Assembly: GCA_002633005.1 (NCBI GenBank)
Contig: NMRA01000220.1
Location: 511,337 to 575,336 of the forward strand
Length of the DNA stretch: 64,000 nt
Reading direction: 5' to 3'
Origin: Phoronis australis
Lineage: Eukaryota > Animalia > Phoronida
In this document: piece by piece, positions 62,801 to 64,000 of the stretch
Position numbering within the stretch: the stretch's first letter is position 1
How the letters are laid out: every line of letters begins with the position of its first letter
The notes under the pieces: generated by a model
Databases searched by the model: none
Told to the model about the DNA's origin: nothing
The model's input: only the letters and a program-made list of their open reading frames with translations
Program-made: the position numbers and the translations under genes

Positions 62801-64000
62801 CTCCATTGCAGCTCACTCTACAAAACAATTAGCACAATACACGCAAATTTCCATCAGTGTAGACTGCGCTTTGTGACGAATATCGTGATCCTCTATTTTT
62901 TGTCAGGTTTTAAAGACATACTGCTAACCACCATTCACACGATTGTGTAAATGTCGTTTTATAAGCTTTGCTGCATGCGCTCACAATGAGAGCACAAACA
63001 TGCAATTTCTATAGTGCAGTCAAAAAATACGAGCGGACAGCATGAAATTTGAAGTTTACCAACCCTGTAAGTGTAGCTCCCCCTCGCAATTTTTCGTCAA
63101 ACGATTGCCGTGGGTTTTGATGTGCCCTCGAACGAAGGCCTATGGGTTCCAATAACAGCTCCCCTAAAAATTCTCGTCGTCATTTTCGGAACGACGCCCA
63201 GCTAAAAGCAGTGCTGTAGTGGGACGTAGGTGACCTTAGGCGCAACCAACTACCTTTCGGCATTTGAACGTCGCGCCTACGCTCCGTAAGTTAAGTTATA
63301 GTAGGGCGTCGGCGCACGTAGGCACAGCCAACTATCTTTTTATATTATGCAATAAGACTCGTCCTTGCAGTACAGCTGAGATGTGAACGAGGACTCAGCG
63401 AAAGAAATCGATAGTAAACAGGCGATCGAAGGGCCCCGAGAGGACACATCCCACTGAGGGGCGACTAAAAACGCCGCCAGCATATCGTTTCTGGGCGTTA
63501 CGCAATTATTTTCATTTATAATTGTGTTTGGGCCCCCTTGAGGGACCGCTTGGAATTCACTCGGACCTTTGCTTTCCTGCATGTGTGGTTGGACCCCTTT
63601 CTGCGACATCCTAGATTAACCACTGCAGACTTGAAACTTATACACACTCTTGAGTCAAAAATAGGCCTACATATGTTTGTGAGGTTTTGCGAATTCAATG
63701 CACTTTTAAAATTCAGTGCTCAAGATGATATGGAGGGCTTTGGGCACCTACTCACTTCTAATTTTACCACTACAGCACTGGCAAAAAGGGCTTCGTGAGA
63801 CAATTAGTTTGCGAAGCACCTACATATCTTAACTCAGTAACCCACCTTTACAGTTCAACATATTATGTAACTTTTGTAATTACCGATATCTGTAGTAGTT
63901 TAGTTTGTCATGATATATATGACCTTTTATTCATCTACACGTGTTGTTTCACTGTAAACTGGCTTCGGTATCGCTTCGCAGTTAGCGCTTATAAAATTCA

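Overview
Eukaryotic, AT-rich, intron-containing animal DNA, probably a marine invertebrate (inference only). There is no prokaryotic operon or CRISPR array. The window holds one 3-exon atypical dual-specificity phosphatase gene (+, 3460-5776). It lies tail-to-tail with a tandem cluster of three intact 10-exon M14A zinc metallocarboxypeptidase (CPA/CPB-like) preproenzyme genes on the minus strand: A 6138-18989, B 21245-34997 and C 39988-56816. A and B are recent duplicates, so their introns serve as each other's empty-site controls. Introns and intergenic DNA contain many transposon relics: three Kolobok deletion derivatives with convergent THAP and KolX-like remnants, an AcademX derivative, L1/Tx1 fragments, a Penelope 3' end with a minimal hammerhead ribozyme motif, several MITEs and an 80-bp minisatellite. 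The main points worth follow-up are a strong excess of TACATGTA that behaves like a TA+CATG+TA transposon excision footprint, non-canonical substrate-pocket residues in the carboxypeptidases (Tyr at position 255, HAHY in copy A), a furin site only in copy C, and a GC-AG intron shared by A and B. All exon models were built by eye from splice signals and reading-frame continuity. Family assignments rest on recalled motifs, not database searches.
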